NCBI GenBank assembly: GCA_964016885.1 | Contig: OZ024743.1 | Span: 157,728,001-157,792,000, forward strand | Length of the DNA: 64,000 nt | Source of the DNA: Eledone cirrhosa | Lineage: Eukaryota | Direction: 5' to 3' | Shown: positions 25,190-39,172 of the stretch, in pieces | Position numbering within the stretch: position 1 is the stretch's first letter | Layout of the letters: the number at the start of each line of letters is the position of its first letter | The notes under the pieces: generated by a model | Databases searched by the model: none | Told to the model about the DNA's origin: nothing | Seen by the model: the letters and a program-made list of their open reading frames with translations, nothing else | Position numbers and translations under genes: made by a program

Positions 25190-28100
25190 ATTTCGCAGCA
25201 CTGATTTTCTTTCCAGCCGTGCATCACTTGATATCAAACGTATCAAGTGCAAGACGAAAATCACCTTCTGTAGAGTTAAGTAGCATCATGTCGTCTGCAA
25301 ACTTCAGCCGACTAATTTTACATCCGCCAGTCTCATACCCCTTCCAACCCGGCTGCGCATGTCAATCCTGTTCTTTATCTTGATAGCAGGTTTGGGTGAG
25401 GGCTTCTTATTACAAAGTCGGTCGATGATCTGTTAGAATACAGTATTTGCTGCTCTGAAGTCGGATTCCAGCTTAATCCCAAAGTCCTCCGATGTCTTAA
25501 CTTCGGATTCTTTTACTGTTTCTGCTGCGATTCTTCCTGCCTGCTTGCATCACAAGTTCAAGAAGGAGGACTTATTTGCAAGCCAACCTTTGTAATCCTC
25601 CTTCTTTGCTCCGATGGCATATTTGACCTCTTGATTGAACCAAGGGCTCTTCCTGACATCCGGCCCCACACTAAGCCCCTTGCACCTGCAGCATTTAACA
25701 GCTGAAGCTCAATCTGCTGGAATGAACACTCTGGACACTATCCACTCTCTTTCAACGTCCTCAGTTTTTTTAGGGAGTTCTCTGAATTTGGATGCCATAG
25801 TATCTACATACCTGGTCCTGACTTCCTTATCCATCAATTTACCCTTTATTCTATAGGTCGCCCTGGACCTGTCAGATTTTTGGCCTTCCTTGGTTTTAGT
25901 TAGTCTCATGTTGCAGAAAACTAGATGCCGATCACTTGACAGCTCAGCCCCTCTCTTAACACGAACATCCAGCCCAGAATCAAAGAGATCAGAGGTATTA
26001 ACAAAATCGATTACACTGCTCAACAAAATTTTGCTTTTTCTGCTCACCTAAGTTTGAGACCTGTTCATGAATAAATTGGGACCGCTGAATTTAGAAATGA
26101 CAATCCTTTTTTTCTATCACGTCAGGTCTCAGCAATTCGTCCCGTGCTTCTCTCGGGTGAAGTTTACTCAGAATTACCTTCACTGGAAGATGAAAGTGAT
26201 ATATGTAGATATAGACTTTGTAGATATAGCAGCCAAGGAACGTGAAAACTTCAACCAGGCAGAACTGACTGATTTAGTTTGAAACTTAGGCCTGTTGACA
26301 GAGTTATCAGAACTGTTAACTTCTAGGCTTAAAGAGAAGAATATGCTGCAGAATGAAACAAATGTAACTTTTTATCGTAACAGGGAAAAAAGTCTCTTAG
26401 CATTCTTTAAAACTGAAAAAGATTTTGTTTACTGTTGTGACATGGTGGGACTGTTAAAAGTGATGGGTGCTCTACAGTATGATTCTCATGAATGGAGACT
26501 CCTTGTAGATTGTTCAAAGAAGAGTCTAAAATGTGTATTACTCCGTAGTAGAAACTTGCTACATGAAATTATTATTGGTCAATTTGTGCACTTAAAACAG
26601 AGGCATGAAAACATAAAAACTGTATTTACTCAAGTATGATGAAAACAAATGGGACATATGCGTGGACCTGAAAATGTTCAACTTTTCACTTGACCAACAA
26701 GGAGAGTATACAAAATATCCGTGTTCTATTTATTTATGGGATAGTCGAGCGAAAGACAAATATTGGGAACAGAGGACTGGCCAGTAAGAAAAAGTTTGAC
26801 TGTTGGGGAGAGGAATATCATATACCAACCACTTTTATTTAGCGAGAGAAAATCATCTTCCCACACATTCATATTAAACTAGGACTAATGAAGCAGTTTG
26901 TCAAATTCCTAATGTGGAGGGTGACTGTTTCAAATTCATATGTACATTTCATTCCCTAAGTTATGATAAAATAAAGGCTCGTGTTTTTGACGGGAAAATA
27001 AATGAAATGCCAAACCTCTCGAGCTCGATGACTGACGTAGAAAAATGAGCATGCGATTCATTTGTGTCTGCTGTGAAAGGATTGGGGCCAGCATGTATGG
27101 ATACAAACTACAAGCATTTGGTGGAGAAATTCATTAATAGCTTTCTTTTTTTAGGCTGCAACTTGAACATAGAGGGTAATTTCCTCAAGAGCCATCTTGA
27201 TGAATTTCCTACTAATCTTGGAGACATGAGCAATGATCATGGCGAACGCTTCCATCAAGATATCAAGTAGATGGAACACACGCATGATTGCAGGCTACTG
27301 TTGGAGTATTCAAATGGACTGTATAGACATAAAACACCCCAGGCACACCCTTAAGCGAAAATTAGTTCCATGATTATGTTGGTTAGTGTACCATTGTTTG
27401 TTCTTTATCCATTTTATTAGAGAATGAACAAGATATATTTAATAAAAATGGTGTTATCTTATATTTCATCTATCATATCAGATTCTATTGACATTATCAC
27501 TTATGGTTTCAAGCTAAGTAATCCATCCTAAGTAAATTATATTTTTCATACAGTACATAATAAAATAGGGATGTGCTATAAATACAAACCTGATGTGTTA
27601 AGGAAAAATGGATGCCGTATTTCAGATCAGCACCTCAAAATGATCTAAAACATAATAAAACCTACTACAGCAGAAAGTGTGATGACCATTATTATTGATC
27701 TTTCTCCCTGATTCCCCCTTACATCATGTATATTTATGAATGTCTCTGTGCTGGAAGAAGGTGTTCATAATAGAGAGTCCATTGCTAGAACAGAAATCTA
27801 TTAAGGCCTCTCCATTCGTATTCAGAGCGGCGTCGTCATTCCTTCTAATCAATCCTTCTATGTCAAGTGGTAAGTGCCACTATGCGAATTGAAGTCTTTT
27901 TCGAGGAAACCCCAACCATAACTAACCGGTAGCATGTAGCCTCCTCCACTTGTTCCTCCTTCTTAACTGTTAGAGTTGTGTGCTCCAGGTTCCAACTGTT
28001 ACCATCTTCTCCATTCCGGACCCTCTCTAGGGTCTTTGAATACGGAAATTTGTGTGCCCATCCCACGCCTCTAAGGACAGGTTGCGAGCCTATCGCTAGT

Positions 28101-28400
28101 TTTTGCAGCATGAAATGGAAAGTGCAATATATATTACAAACAGACCCCTCTACCTAAGGTCTGAACGCATCCCTTGGTAATCCGTGAGAACAACGATGCG
28201 GCGGTAAGGTTCGTTTTTGGTTTCTTCATCATATTAGTTTCAGTTTTAGTGGTCTTATTTGCGCCAGTCACCAATCTGGTACTTTGTCAAAACTGCAAAG
28301 AGCAGGCATTTTTAGGGGCGGCCTTTATCGCCTCGTCGTAGCTACGTCATTGGGTTGTGAGAGTTTTCATGGGAGCTACAGGTGTCACACATTGTTCCCA
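25190..28400 (-). mobile_element. RTE (Expander/Rex3-like) LINE 5' part, deleted and interrupted by a DNA transposon
   Basis: APE motifs WN...TLT, LIDFCSSNGLSIMNTFFQH, RSII|DFV...GAELSSDRHLV; RT FADDMML near 25290. Confidence 0.85.
26014..27691 (+). mobile_element. Chapaev3-like (CMC) DNA transposon, decayed transposase
   Basis: EWRLLVDCSKKSLKCVLL, ICVDLKM, YTKYPC..LWDSR, HIKLGLMKQFVK, HGERFHQDIK; left end CACTG; TTA at 26011-26013 and 27692-27694; removing it restores in-frame ERSIIDF. Confidence 0.85.
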
Positions 28401-28555
28401 TTCTTCTAGTAGTTCACTGCTGTTGGTCTAGGGTTGCTTATTCGTCTGGCAGTTGCCGGCTTATATCGCAACTAGCCATCATATCTGGTGGCCGTATCAC
28501 TATGCGCCATCTGCTAACTATTGTCTGGCAGAACAGCACTGCCTGGACGTTCGTC

Positions 28556-29219
28556 CTCTCAAGGAAGCCTTTGCAGTACACTCCACGTGTAAATGGAGTT
28601 CCACTGAAGCAGGTAGAGAAGTTCAAGTGTCTAGGGGCTGTGTTCACGAGTGGTGTAAGGCAGGGGGATGAATTAAATGCTAGAACAGCAGGAGCTGGTG
28701 CAGTAATTCGCCAGCTTCAACATTCAGTAATCAGAAGGGAGGTAGGCGTAAAAGGCAAACTTGATATCTTCAATTCTGTATTCGTGCCAACCCTTGCGTA
28801 TGGTCATGAAACTTGGGTAATGTCCGAAAGAATACGATCTCGAATACAAGCGGCCGAAATGGGAATCCTCCGAAGGGTCTTTGGATTAACGTTACTTTAT
28901 GCAGTACGGATCATAGAGTCACTCCAGGTAGAGCCGCTCTTTCTCTGAATGGAGAGATCACAGCTCCGATACTATGGGCGAGTGTTTAGAATGTCCCAGG
29001 AAAGAATCGCTGGATAGATTTTACGGGCAAAACCAACCGGCAGGAAACCCAGAGTTAGACCTCGAACTAGATGGTTGGATAACATCTATGAGCTTGGCTG
29101 ATTCCGCTTGGGGATCCAGCCGGATCAGTTGGAGACGGGGCTTCTGACAGGACCTGCTGGAAGGAGTGATTGAGGACTCTTCCCCCACAGCCCTCACAGG
29201 TATAAGTGGGCGAAGTAGA
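28556..29219 (+). mobile_element. RTE LINE 3' part (continuation of 25190-28400 in opposite orientation)
   Basis: LSRKPLQ...LKQVEKFKCLG...VPTLAYGHETWVMSERIRSRIQAAEMG. Confidence 0.9.
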
Positions 29220-29381
29220 ATATATGTATATTTGTGTTTGCAAGGTTTTTGATATGAAATCGTGTGTTGAAACAAATATTGTTATATTTGAGGAGAGTCA
29301 TAGTGTTATATTGGGTCGTCATAAAATTTGTAGAAATTACTTTGTTTTTTCCAAATTTCATACTTGAAAACCCAATAATAT

Positions 29382-29677
29382 TGCCAGAAATAATAACAGA
29401 ACACACTCACTGTTTGGTTTGGATTCGTTTGGGCTTCTGTATATTTTATATCTCCATAGTTAATTTAGCTGACAGTCAATGTTTATCGTTGATTGACCAA
29501 TGGTTGAAAATATTGATTTAAATATATTTATATCTATATGTATATCAATATTTTTAACCATTCGTTAAACGATAAACATTGACTGTCAGCTAAATTAACT
29601 ATGGAGATATAAAATATACAGAAGCCAAAACCAATCCAAACCAAAAAGTGAGTGTGTTCTGTTATTATTTCTGGCAA
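29382..29677. repeat. Fold-back inverted repeat, probably PLE pLTR-derived
   Basis: Arms about 29382-29517/29544-29677 with AT-rich spacer; adjoins pLTR-like 29232-29300. Confidence 0.8.
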
Positions 29678-30028
29678 AATTATAATAACTAGCAGAAAAA
29701 CGACCCTTCGGGTGGTTTTCTCTTAGTATGTGTAGTGTGTATATTGATATTATACGCAAGTATATATACATGTAGATATGATACATCAAATAAAATTGTA
29801 ATTGACAATATAAATAGAAATTGAAGGAAGACGTTGTTACACTGTCTTATGTAATCTGTAACGTAATCCATGATACATTAAAAAAAGACGATATTATATA
29901 TAAACTGCATTAGGAGAAAATTAGTATGTTTATTTAAGAGATCGCCACCGGAAGTATTTAAGTTTCCGTTGAAAATTGAAAAAGTCATAGGAGTGAAGAG
30001 TGCTCTATGTAAGTACCAGAGCAAAATT

Positions 30029-32902
30029 TAATGTATAATAAACAATACAATATAATTACCTCATTACCAGAGGTTTCCCGAATAAGACGAATACGAAAGA
30101 GACGTCCTCATTCGTTCGTCGGACGAGGCAATATAAAACATAGTGAAATATTTGGAAAGTCTCCTCAAGAAATGCAAAAAAAAAATATATATATAAATAA
30201 AAGTAATGCAATAGACATATAAAATATATAAAAAAATTATAAGGAAATATAGTTAGGTGTGTGTATATGTATGTATATACACTCACAGATGTACATATGT
30301 ATGTATGTACAAATGCGTGTGTATGGTGAAAATGTGTGCGTAAATATATATATACTATTAGGGAAAGTATATTTGTGTATATGTAACCACAAATACAGAT
30401 ATAATATCAGTTGAAAATAAATTGATAATCTAGTTGACACGTATAGAGAAACAGGGTATTAGATACATTATATGAATATGAAGGCACGCGTATAAACACA
30501 CACACACGCGCGTTCACTTATATGCGGAAGAAAAAGAGGTAAGGGAGTGTAATAGTTAAAAGAAAGTGTCATTCTCGATATATTTATAAAAATGGAACAC
30601 TATATTAGAAAGAAAAAAATGTTAAATGAAAGAGAAAGTAGTCAATTAACACTAGAGAAGAGAAAAGAAAAGAAAAGAAAACAAACAAGGTACACGCGTA
30701 CATACACATATATCTATAAGAAACATATATCTATAAAAAAATATATATATACACGCAATACGTGCAGACAAAAGCGTATGCAAGCGTACATATACACACA
30801 GGATGCACACATATATATACATACATATCGCCCCATGTATATCTAATAACACGTACGTACGCGACTGTATACACATACATATATATATATATAAATATAT
30901 ATATATACATACACACGCACACATACACATCCATACATACAATAGATATATACATACATACACACATACATACATTCACGCACATTGACCCGCTTACACG
31001 CACACACATAAAAATAAGAATGTAAAAAAACATAGATGTAAAAACACAGATATAAAAACACACATACATACACATATATATATACACGCACAAACGCGCA
31101 CATACGGAGGCGATCGTGTACATATACAGAAAGTATACACACATAAAGACGCTCAGGCACATAGATACAGGGTGTAAAAACAGCCTTATGGATAAGTGAG
31201 TACAAATATAAAAATATAAAATTGGCTGCGAAATAACAGAAAATATCTGGACTGGAAAACGCAAGTGACCCTTGTAATCAGGTAGTAAAGAAAATAAAGA
31301 AAATAGGGAAGTAAAATGTGGAAAGTGAAGATATTATGTAAGTGAATCGGAGAATAAAGGCGGGGGGGGGTTACTGGTGGATATGAATTAAAAATAAAAA
31401 TAAAAATAAAATTAATAATAAGGTTAAAAATGAAAGTAAATCAGAAAGAGTAGTCTTTAAAGAGAATAATTTAAGTGAAGTATAAGAGTTTATGGAGGAT
31501 AAGTATCTGAAAGTGTATTAAGTTTATATGAGCTGGAAAGCAAGTGTGATTTCATGTGTGGGCAACTGGTGAAAATTTCTGTCTTTGTGTTTAGGCAGGT
31601 CTTTGGTGATTTAAGGTTTTGCAAAATCCAATATTTTTCATTTATGCAGAGTGTGCATTTTCTTGTTCCTCTTGCATATTCTTTAGATTGGTTCAAAATT
31701 GACCAATCCAATTTATATTGGATACCTTGGTCTTTCAAATCCCATATTCTGCTAGCCAGAGCTGTTGTGAATCTTTTTTCTGGATGTCGAATCTATTAAA
31801 TCTTATATCATCAACAAAAAATCACCTAGAAAACATCAAAATTGCTCCTGTAGAATCAAAAGTGAATTCCCATTACAAGTTAAATGCAACACCAAAGCCA
31901 TTGTAAATGCGGCTAAAGTGACAACCATCAGCAAAACCAACCAGCCACCAGTGAACGATATGTGGGTATGACGCAAGTCAAATTAAAAACGCGTTATTAC
32001 TCACATGTCGCATTCTTTTGACATCCAGAAAAAAGATTCACAACAGCTCTGGCTAGCAGAATATGGGATTTGAAAGACCAAGGTATCCAATATAAATTGG
32101 ATTGGTCAATTTTGAACCAATCTAAAGAATATGCAAGAGGAACAAGAAAATGCACACTCTGCATAAATGAAAAATATTGGATTTTGCAAAACCTTAAATC
32201 ACCAAAGACCTGCCTAAACACAAAGACAGAAATTTTCACCAGTTGCCCACACATGAAATCACACTTGCTTTCCAGCTCATATAAACTTAATACACTTTCA
32301 GATACTTATCCTCCATAAACTCTTATACTTCACTTAAATTATTCTCTTTAAAGACTACTCTTTCTGATTTACTTTCATTTTTAACCTTATTATTAATTTT
32401 ATTTTTATTTTTATTTTTAATTCATATCCACCAGTAACCCCCCCCCCCCCCGCCTTTATTCTCCGATTCACTTACATAATATCTTCACTTTCCACATTTT
32501 ACTTCCCTATTTTCTTTATTTTCTTTACTACCTGATTACAAGGGTCACTTGCGTTTTCCAGTCCAGATATTTTCTGTTATTTCGCAGCCAATTTTATATT
32601 TTTATATTTGTACTCACTTATCCATAAGGCTGTTTTTACACCCTGTATCTATGTGCCTGAGCACCTTTATGTGTGTATACTTTCTGTATATGTACACGAT
32701 CGCCTCCGTATGTGCGCGTGCGTGCGTGTATATATATATGTGTATGTATGTGTGTTTTTATATCTGTGTTTTTACATCGATGTTTTTTTTACATTCTTAT
32801 TTTTATGTGTGTGCGTGTAAGCGGGTCAATGTGCGTGAATGTATGTATGTGTGTATGTATGTATATATGTATTGTATGTATAGATGTGTATGTGTGCGTG
32901 TG

Positions 32903-32933
<31 letters not shown>

Positions 32934-33609
32934 ATGTATGTGTATACAGTCGCGTACGTACGTGTGATTAGATATACATGGGGCGATATGTATGTATATA
33001 TATATGTGCATCCTGTGTGTGTATGTACGCTTGCATACGCTTTTGTCTGCACGTATTGCGTGTATATATATTTTTTTTTATAGATATATGTTTCTTATAG
33101 ATATATGTGTATGTACGCGTGTACCTTGTTTGTTTTCTTTTCTTTTCTTTTCTCTTCTCTAGTGTTAATTGACTACTTTCTCTTTCATTTAATATTTTTT
33201 CTTTCTAATATATCGTTCCATTTTTATAAATATATCGAGAATGACACTTTCTTTTAACTATTACACTCCCTTGCCTCTTTTTCTTCCGCATATAAGTGAA
33301 CGCGCGTGTGTGTGTGTTTATACGCGTGCCTTCATATTCATATAATGTATCTAATACCCTGTTTCTCTATACGTGTCAACTAGATTATCAATTTATTTTC
33401 AACTGATATTATATCTGTATTTGTGGTTACATATACACAAATATACTTTCCCTCATAGTATATATATTTACGCACACATTTTCACCATACACACGCATTT
33501 GTATATACATACATATGTACATCTGTGAGTGTATATACATACATATACACACACCTAACTATATTTCCTTATAATTTTTTTATATATTTTATATGTCTAT
33601 TGCATTACT

Positions 33610-33646
<37 letters not shown>

Positions 33647-33792
33647 CATTTCTTGAGGAGACTTTCCAAATATTTCACTATGTTTTATATTGCCTCGTCC
33701 AACGAACGAATGAGGACGTTTCTTTCGTATTCGTCTTATTCAGGAAATCTCTGGTAATGAGGCAATTATATTGTATTGTTTATTATACATTA
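30029..33792 (+). mobile_element. 5'-truncated Naiad-type PLE with 1.76-kb inverted duplication
   Basis: Arms 30029-31788/32020-33792; 231-bp spacer encodes NCSCRIKSE..PLQ.KC and YVGMTQ..KTRYYSH, continuing into ORF 32070..32318. Confidence 0.92.
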
Positions 33793-36302
33793 TATATATA
33801 TATATATAGAATTCACAGGAATCAAAGTTATGTACAATTGTTTCATCCAAACCGAGGCTTGGTGTCTTCGGAGAATTTTTCATTGTTTGTATACATACAT
33901 GACCTCCTTTCCAACGCAAGAGACATACAGATACATATGTATATATTGATGTACATTGGGGTGACATATATTATATTAATTATGAATGGCAATTTAAATT
34001 CAAAAATTAAAATCATATTAAAACAGAATCAAAGCAAAATTAAAATTAAAATACAACATCGGCAGTTAACGTAGATAATGCAAGAGGATAGTTTGTTAGT
34101 CAGTTGTAGTAGTTATTGTATGGATTAGTTACACGTGGGGCATGCACGTCTGTCTTATTTGTATATGATTATTGTGCGGCAGGGTGTTATATGCAATACA
34201 AGCACTTTAAGCAGGTAATCAAGAGTATTATGGAGGTTGTAGTGGTAAGGTATTTTTTGTGTATGATAAAGAAGCTTGTGTGCGGAGAAATAGTATAAAT
34301 GAGAAGCAAAATAATGTTATGGTTTTTGTATACCCACCATTTTCACAATTCAGGAAACGTAATATATAGTTTATATGTCCTTCACATAATTAACGATGAT
34401 TCCGTATTGGATGTTTGATGTATTAAGTTAAATTTTTATAGCTTGTTGCGGCTCAGTGTTCTTTAATCCAATTTTATAGAGCAGGTTGTATCTGTTGCGA
34501 GAATTTGCATCGTTTTATTATCCGGAAGTATGTGTGTGATTAAGGGGAGTTAATGCGTTAATGTGATTTCTATAGCTAAATTTATTATTCCAACATACAT
34601 TAAAAGGTGTCTCAATTGAGTCCCTAATATATACGGTTATATACAGTTTCCAAATTTAAGTATCCTATCTTTAATTACAGTCTACTCTATCATGAAGTAC
34701 TAAAGGTATCTATATTAGGATGATTACTCCCTATCATAGAGTGCTACAACTGAATATTCCATACGAAGAGTCAGATCTACATATCAAAGTTCTTTGTAAA
34801 TGTAGTCTACTCACAGAACCTTACAGGGGCCCCATTAGAACCACGTCTATATAACCCCTGGTAAGCTCTGGGTCAGTGTATGGCTGATTGCATGGCAAAG
34901 TTAAATATCTCTAGGGTAGGCCAAAAACATTTCTCACTTACAATGTCAATAATCTATCTATCAAGTTATACATGTATGTATAACTCACATACCACTTGTA
35001 CATAATTCATTGCACTCAACATACAGGTTATACAGCTCTTTTATGTTAATAAATTAATCCTCTATTTATCTAATGATAGCACTCCATACATACAACAACA
35101 TTTGCACAAATAATTCATTGCTGTATTCGGTGTTCATAGTTTACATATAATTATATAGTCTAAGTAATTGAAAGTAATTATACTAAAAGTAGGTGTACAT
35201 GGGGATATTTCTAGGGTAAAAGGTTTTAGATAGATGGCACGAATTGTGTTAAGATAGTGTGGATCATTGAGTGTGGAGTTGTGGTGTAAGGTGTGCCCTT
35301 GAGGTGTGTTGCTAGAAGTGGTGATGGGTTCAAGCCTGACATTGCTATATATTGGGTTTAAAGTTTTGGAAGGAGTGTCGCAAGCGGGGCTGGCATGACG
35401 CGAACACTTCCGATTTTTTATTAAGGAGGTTATGGTTTGAGAAGATAATCGTATGGGTCTCTAGTAGACAGTATTTAGTACTTCATGAGAGAGTAGACTG
35501 TAATTAAAGATAAGATACTTAAATTTGGAAACTGTATATAACCGTTTATATTAGGGACTCGATTAAGACACCTTTTAATGTATGTTGGAATAATAAATTT
35601 AGTTATAGAAATCACATTAACGCATTAACTCCCCTTAATCACACACATACTTCCGGATAATAAAACGATGTAAATTCTCGGAACAGAAACAACCTGCTCT
35701 AAAAGATTGGATTAAAGAACACTGAGCAGCCGCAACAAGCTATAATAATTTAACTTAATACATCAAACATCCAATACGGAATCATCGTTAATTATGTGAA
35801 GGACATATAAACTATATATTACGTTTCCTGAATTGTGAAAATGGTGGTGTATACAAAAACCATAACATTATTTTGCTTCTCATTTACACTATTTCTCTGC
35901 ACACAAGCTTCTTTATCATACACAAAAATTACCTTACCACTACAACCTCCATAATACTCTTGATTACCCGCTTAAAGTGCTTGTATTGCATATAACACCC
36001 TGCCGCACAATAATCATATACAATGAAGACAGACGTGCATGTGCCACGTGTAACTAATGCATACAATAACTACTACAACTGACTAACAAACTATCCTCTT
36101 GCATTATCTACGTTAAATGCCGATGTTGTATTTTAATTTTAATTTTGCTTTGATTCTGTTTTAATGTGATTTGAATTTTTGAATTTAAATTGCCATTCAT
36201 AAATAATATATGTCACCCCAATGTACATCAATATATACATATGTATCTGTATGTCTCTTGCGTTGGAAAGGAGGTCATGTATGTATACAAACATTGAAAA
36301 AT

Positions 36303-36347
36303 GCTCCGAAGACACCAAGCCTCGGTTTGGATGAAACAATTGTAAGC
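36303..36347 (+). ncRNA. Hammerhead fold with C at core position 4
   Basis: GCT-CCGAAGA-cACCAAGCC tc GGTTTGGat-GAAA-CAATTG-TA-AGC; palindromic stem III; copies near 33834-33874 (-) and 40657-40701 (damaged). Confidence 0.7.
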
Positions 36348-36598
36348 TAATAAATGGTTTGAACATAACTTTGATTCCTGTGAATTCTATATAACTGCTC
36401 TGTAGAACAACTGATGTTATTACATTGAGCTATTTATCTTACTGGTAATAAGGTAGTAACAAATTACTGTCTTTCACTGTTTAGGGTTTAAAATATATAT
36501 AACTATAAAAAGTTTTAGTATATACATAACCATAAATAGTATCCTTAATACTATTAACTGCTCCATACTGTTGAGCTAACATACAATAAATTGCCAGT

Positions 36599-39172
36599 AT
36601 GCTGATCAAAGACCAACTCCCTATGTCAACCAAGAACATACCAATACCATCCAAGAATACATATGAGAAATTATTGATCAACAGTGTCAACTCCTTTATC
36701 AATAGAGTGAGATGGAGGACATTCTATTATGATAAAAACAAATCTAACAAGGTTGATAATACTAACAAATTCGACTCCTTCGGCTTTAAAACTTTTAGAA
36801 ACCCCCCTCACAACACACTATTAAACTCCTTTGAAAATGACCTAATAAAACTAGTTAAGAACATTAAATACAAAAAGCATCGTAATAAAAACACCTTTTT
36901 AAACAAACTTAACACCTCTATTAATGAATTCAAAACTAGTAATAAAATTATTGTACATGCGGACAAAACTAATAACATATACAGCCTAGATTATAATACT
37001 TATAGAAATTATATATAATGAACTACATAAAAGCTACAAGAAAACTACTATGAAAAACTTAGAAGATATTAATATGGAAGGCTATAATATAGTGTCCAAA
37101 CTAGGACTTCAGAGACATATACAACCATATACCCCAGATTCTCTCTGAAGGACCATAAGGAGGACTTCATTAGCAACCCCTCGATTAGACTTATCTGCCC
37201 TTCCAAGTCTGACTTTGGCATTATCAGTAAGAAACTTTTAGATAAAATCATCCCACAGATTAAACACAAGATATACCTTAAACAATGGGGTGATACGGGT
37301 GAAGTTATTGAATGGTTCAAAGATATCAAGGAAAACAAGGATAAAAAATGTATTCAATTTGATATCAATTCATACTACACCTCTATTTCCCCTATCCTAT
37401 TAAATAAGGCACTAATCATGGCCATGAACAATAGTGACCTGACTAGACCCCAGATTGATGTCATACTTGCGGCTCGTAAAACCGTAATCAACTTTGAAGA
37501 CCAATTATGGACCCACAAGGACACGCAAAACAACTTCGACAGAACCATGGGATCTAGTGACTTGGCACAGGTCACTGATTTGGTCGGGCTATATTTACTA
37601 AACGAAATCCATAAGGACCTTCCATACCTCAACGGTGATTTGTACCGCGATGATGCACTTCTACTTATAGACTATAAAAATTCAATATAGAAAGAACTAG
37701 AAAACTATTGCACAAGACTTTCAAAAACTATAACCTAAGTATCACCATAGACAAAAACAATAAAAATGCTAACTTCCTAGACGCCACCCTCTACCTAGAC
37801 TCAAGGATATATACACCATTCCATAAACCTAACGAAAAACTGATTTACGTAGATACCAAGTCTAACCACCCTAGATCAACATTAAACTCTATCTCTAAGG
37901 GAATATCCAATAGAATCTCTAATCTATCCTATGACGTAAAAATATATATAGCAAAAACTTGCAATATTATAATCAGGCATTAGCTAGATCAGGCCACAAT
38001 AAGGAGATCGAGTTCCTACCTATAAAAACACATAGCTACAACATTATTTCGCACAATATGAGTTCAAATCACGCCGAGGTTAACTTTGCCTTTCATCCTT
38101 ACGGGGTCGATAAAATAAAGTACCAGTAATGTACTGGGTAATTGATGGCCTTGTGCCAAAAGTAGAAACAATTATTTCGCACAATATGTCCATGAGGAAA
38201 AATAGTAATAAGAATAGCAAACACACACACACTAATACGAAGGATGCCAACAAACGTAACCCACACCTCAGAAGTCACCATAATACCATAAACGGAAACA
38301 ACTCACCAGACATAAAAAACAAAAATAGAAGAAGAAATAATACATTGTTCAACCCTCCTTTCAATCTAAACATCTCTACCAAGCTACCTAAGGCTTTCTT
38401 CTCACTCCTGGATAAACACTTCCCATCTGGCCACAAGTTCCATAGCCTTTTAAACAAAAACACAATTAAAATCTCCTACTCTACTACGCCTAACATAGCA
38501 TACCACATAGCTACTAGCAATAAAAGAAAAATTAATTGTTACTTCCAACAAACTAAATCACAACAGGGGGTAAACCTTAAAAATAACATTATATCAACTA
38601 ACCCTGATAACAATAGTAATAATAGTAATAGCACTAATGTAAGCAGTAACGCTGAGAGCGACAACCCCCATAACCATAATGCAACAGCTACCATCCAGAC
38701 TTCTACACAACATAATAACCAGCAGGCTAACATCCAAAATAATTGTAACTGTAGATCTAATAGAACCTGCCCTTTAGATAAAAAATGCTTAATCAAGGAT
38801 ATCATATACTCATGCACCGTCACAACTAGCAACTCTTCTGAAACCTATATAGGCTCTACTTCAAACTACTTCAAAACCAGATACAATTCGCACCTCCATT
38901 CTTTCAAAAAACACAGTCTAGCCAACTCGACTTCACTATCTAGCTACATACACTATCTAAAAACTAAAAATAGATCTTATACACTTAAATGGGAAGTGAT
39001 AGATAGGGCGACATCGTACAAACCACCTAATAAATTGTGTAACCTCTGTCTACTAGAGACCCATAATATTATCTTCTCAAACCATAACCTCCTTAATAAA
39101 AAATCGGAAGTGTTCGCGTCATGCCAGCACCGCTTCCGACACTCCTTCCAAAACTTTAAACCCTATATATAG
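36599..39172 (+). pseudogene. PLE reverse transcriptase + GIY-YIG polyprotein, frameshifted and SINE-interrupted
   Basis: STKNIPIPS, VHADKTNNIY, RLICPSKS, IQFDI, TMGSSDLAQVTDLVG, LYRDD, FLDATL, SNHP, LFNPPFN, CNCR..CPL..KC, YIGSTSNYFKTRY. Confidence 0.93.
38061..38170 (+). mobile_element. 5'-truncated SINE (family A) inside the PLE ORF
   Basis: TSD ATTATTTCGCACAATATG 38043-38060/38171-38188. Confidence 0.93.

Noticed and set aside
30055-30175. Hammerhead in the pLTR of the 30029-33792 element
   Set aside because: GAAA-CCTC/GAGG-TA and a preceding hairpin exist, but no correctly placed CUGANGA or stem I.
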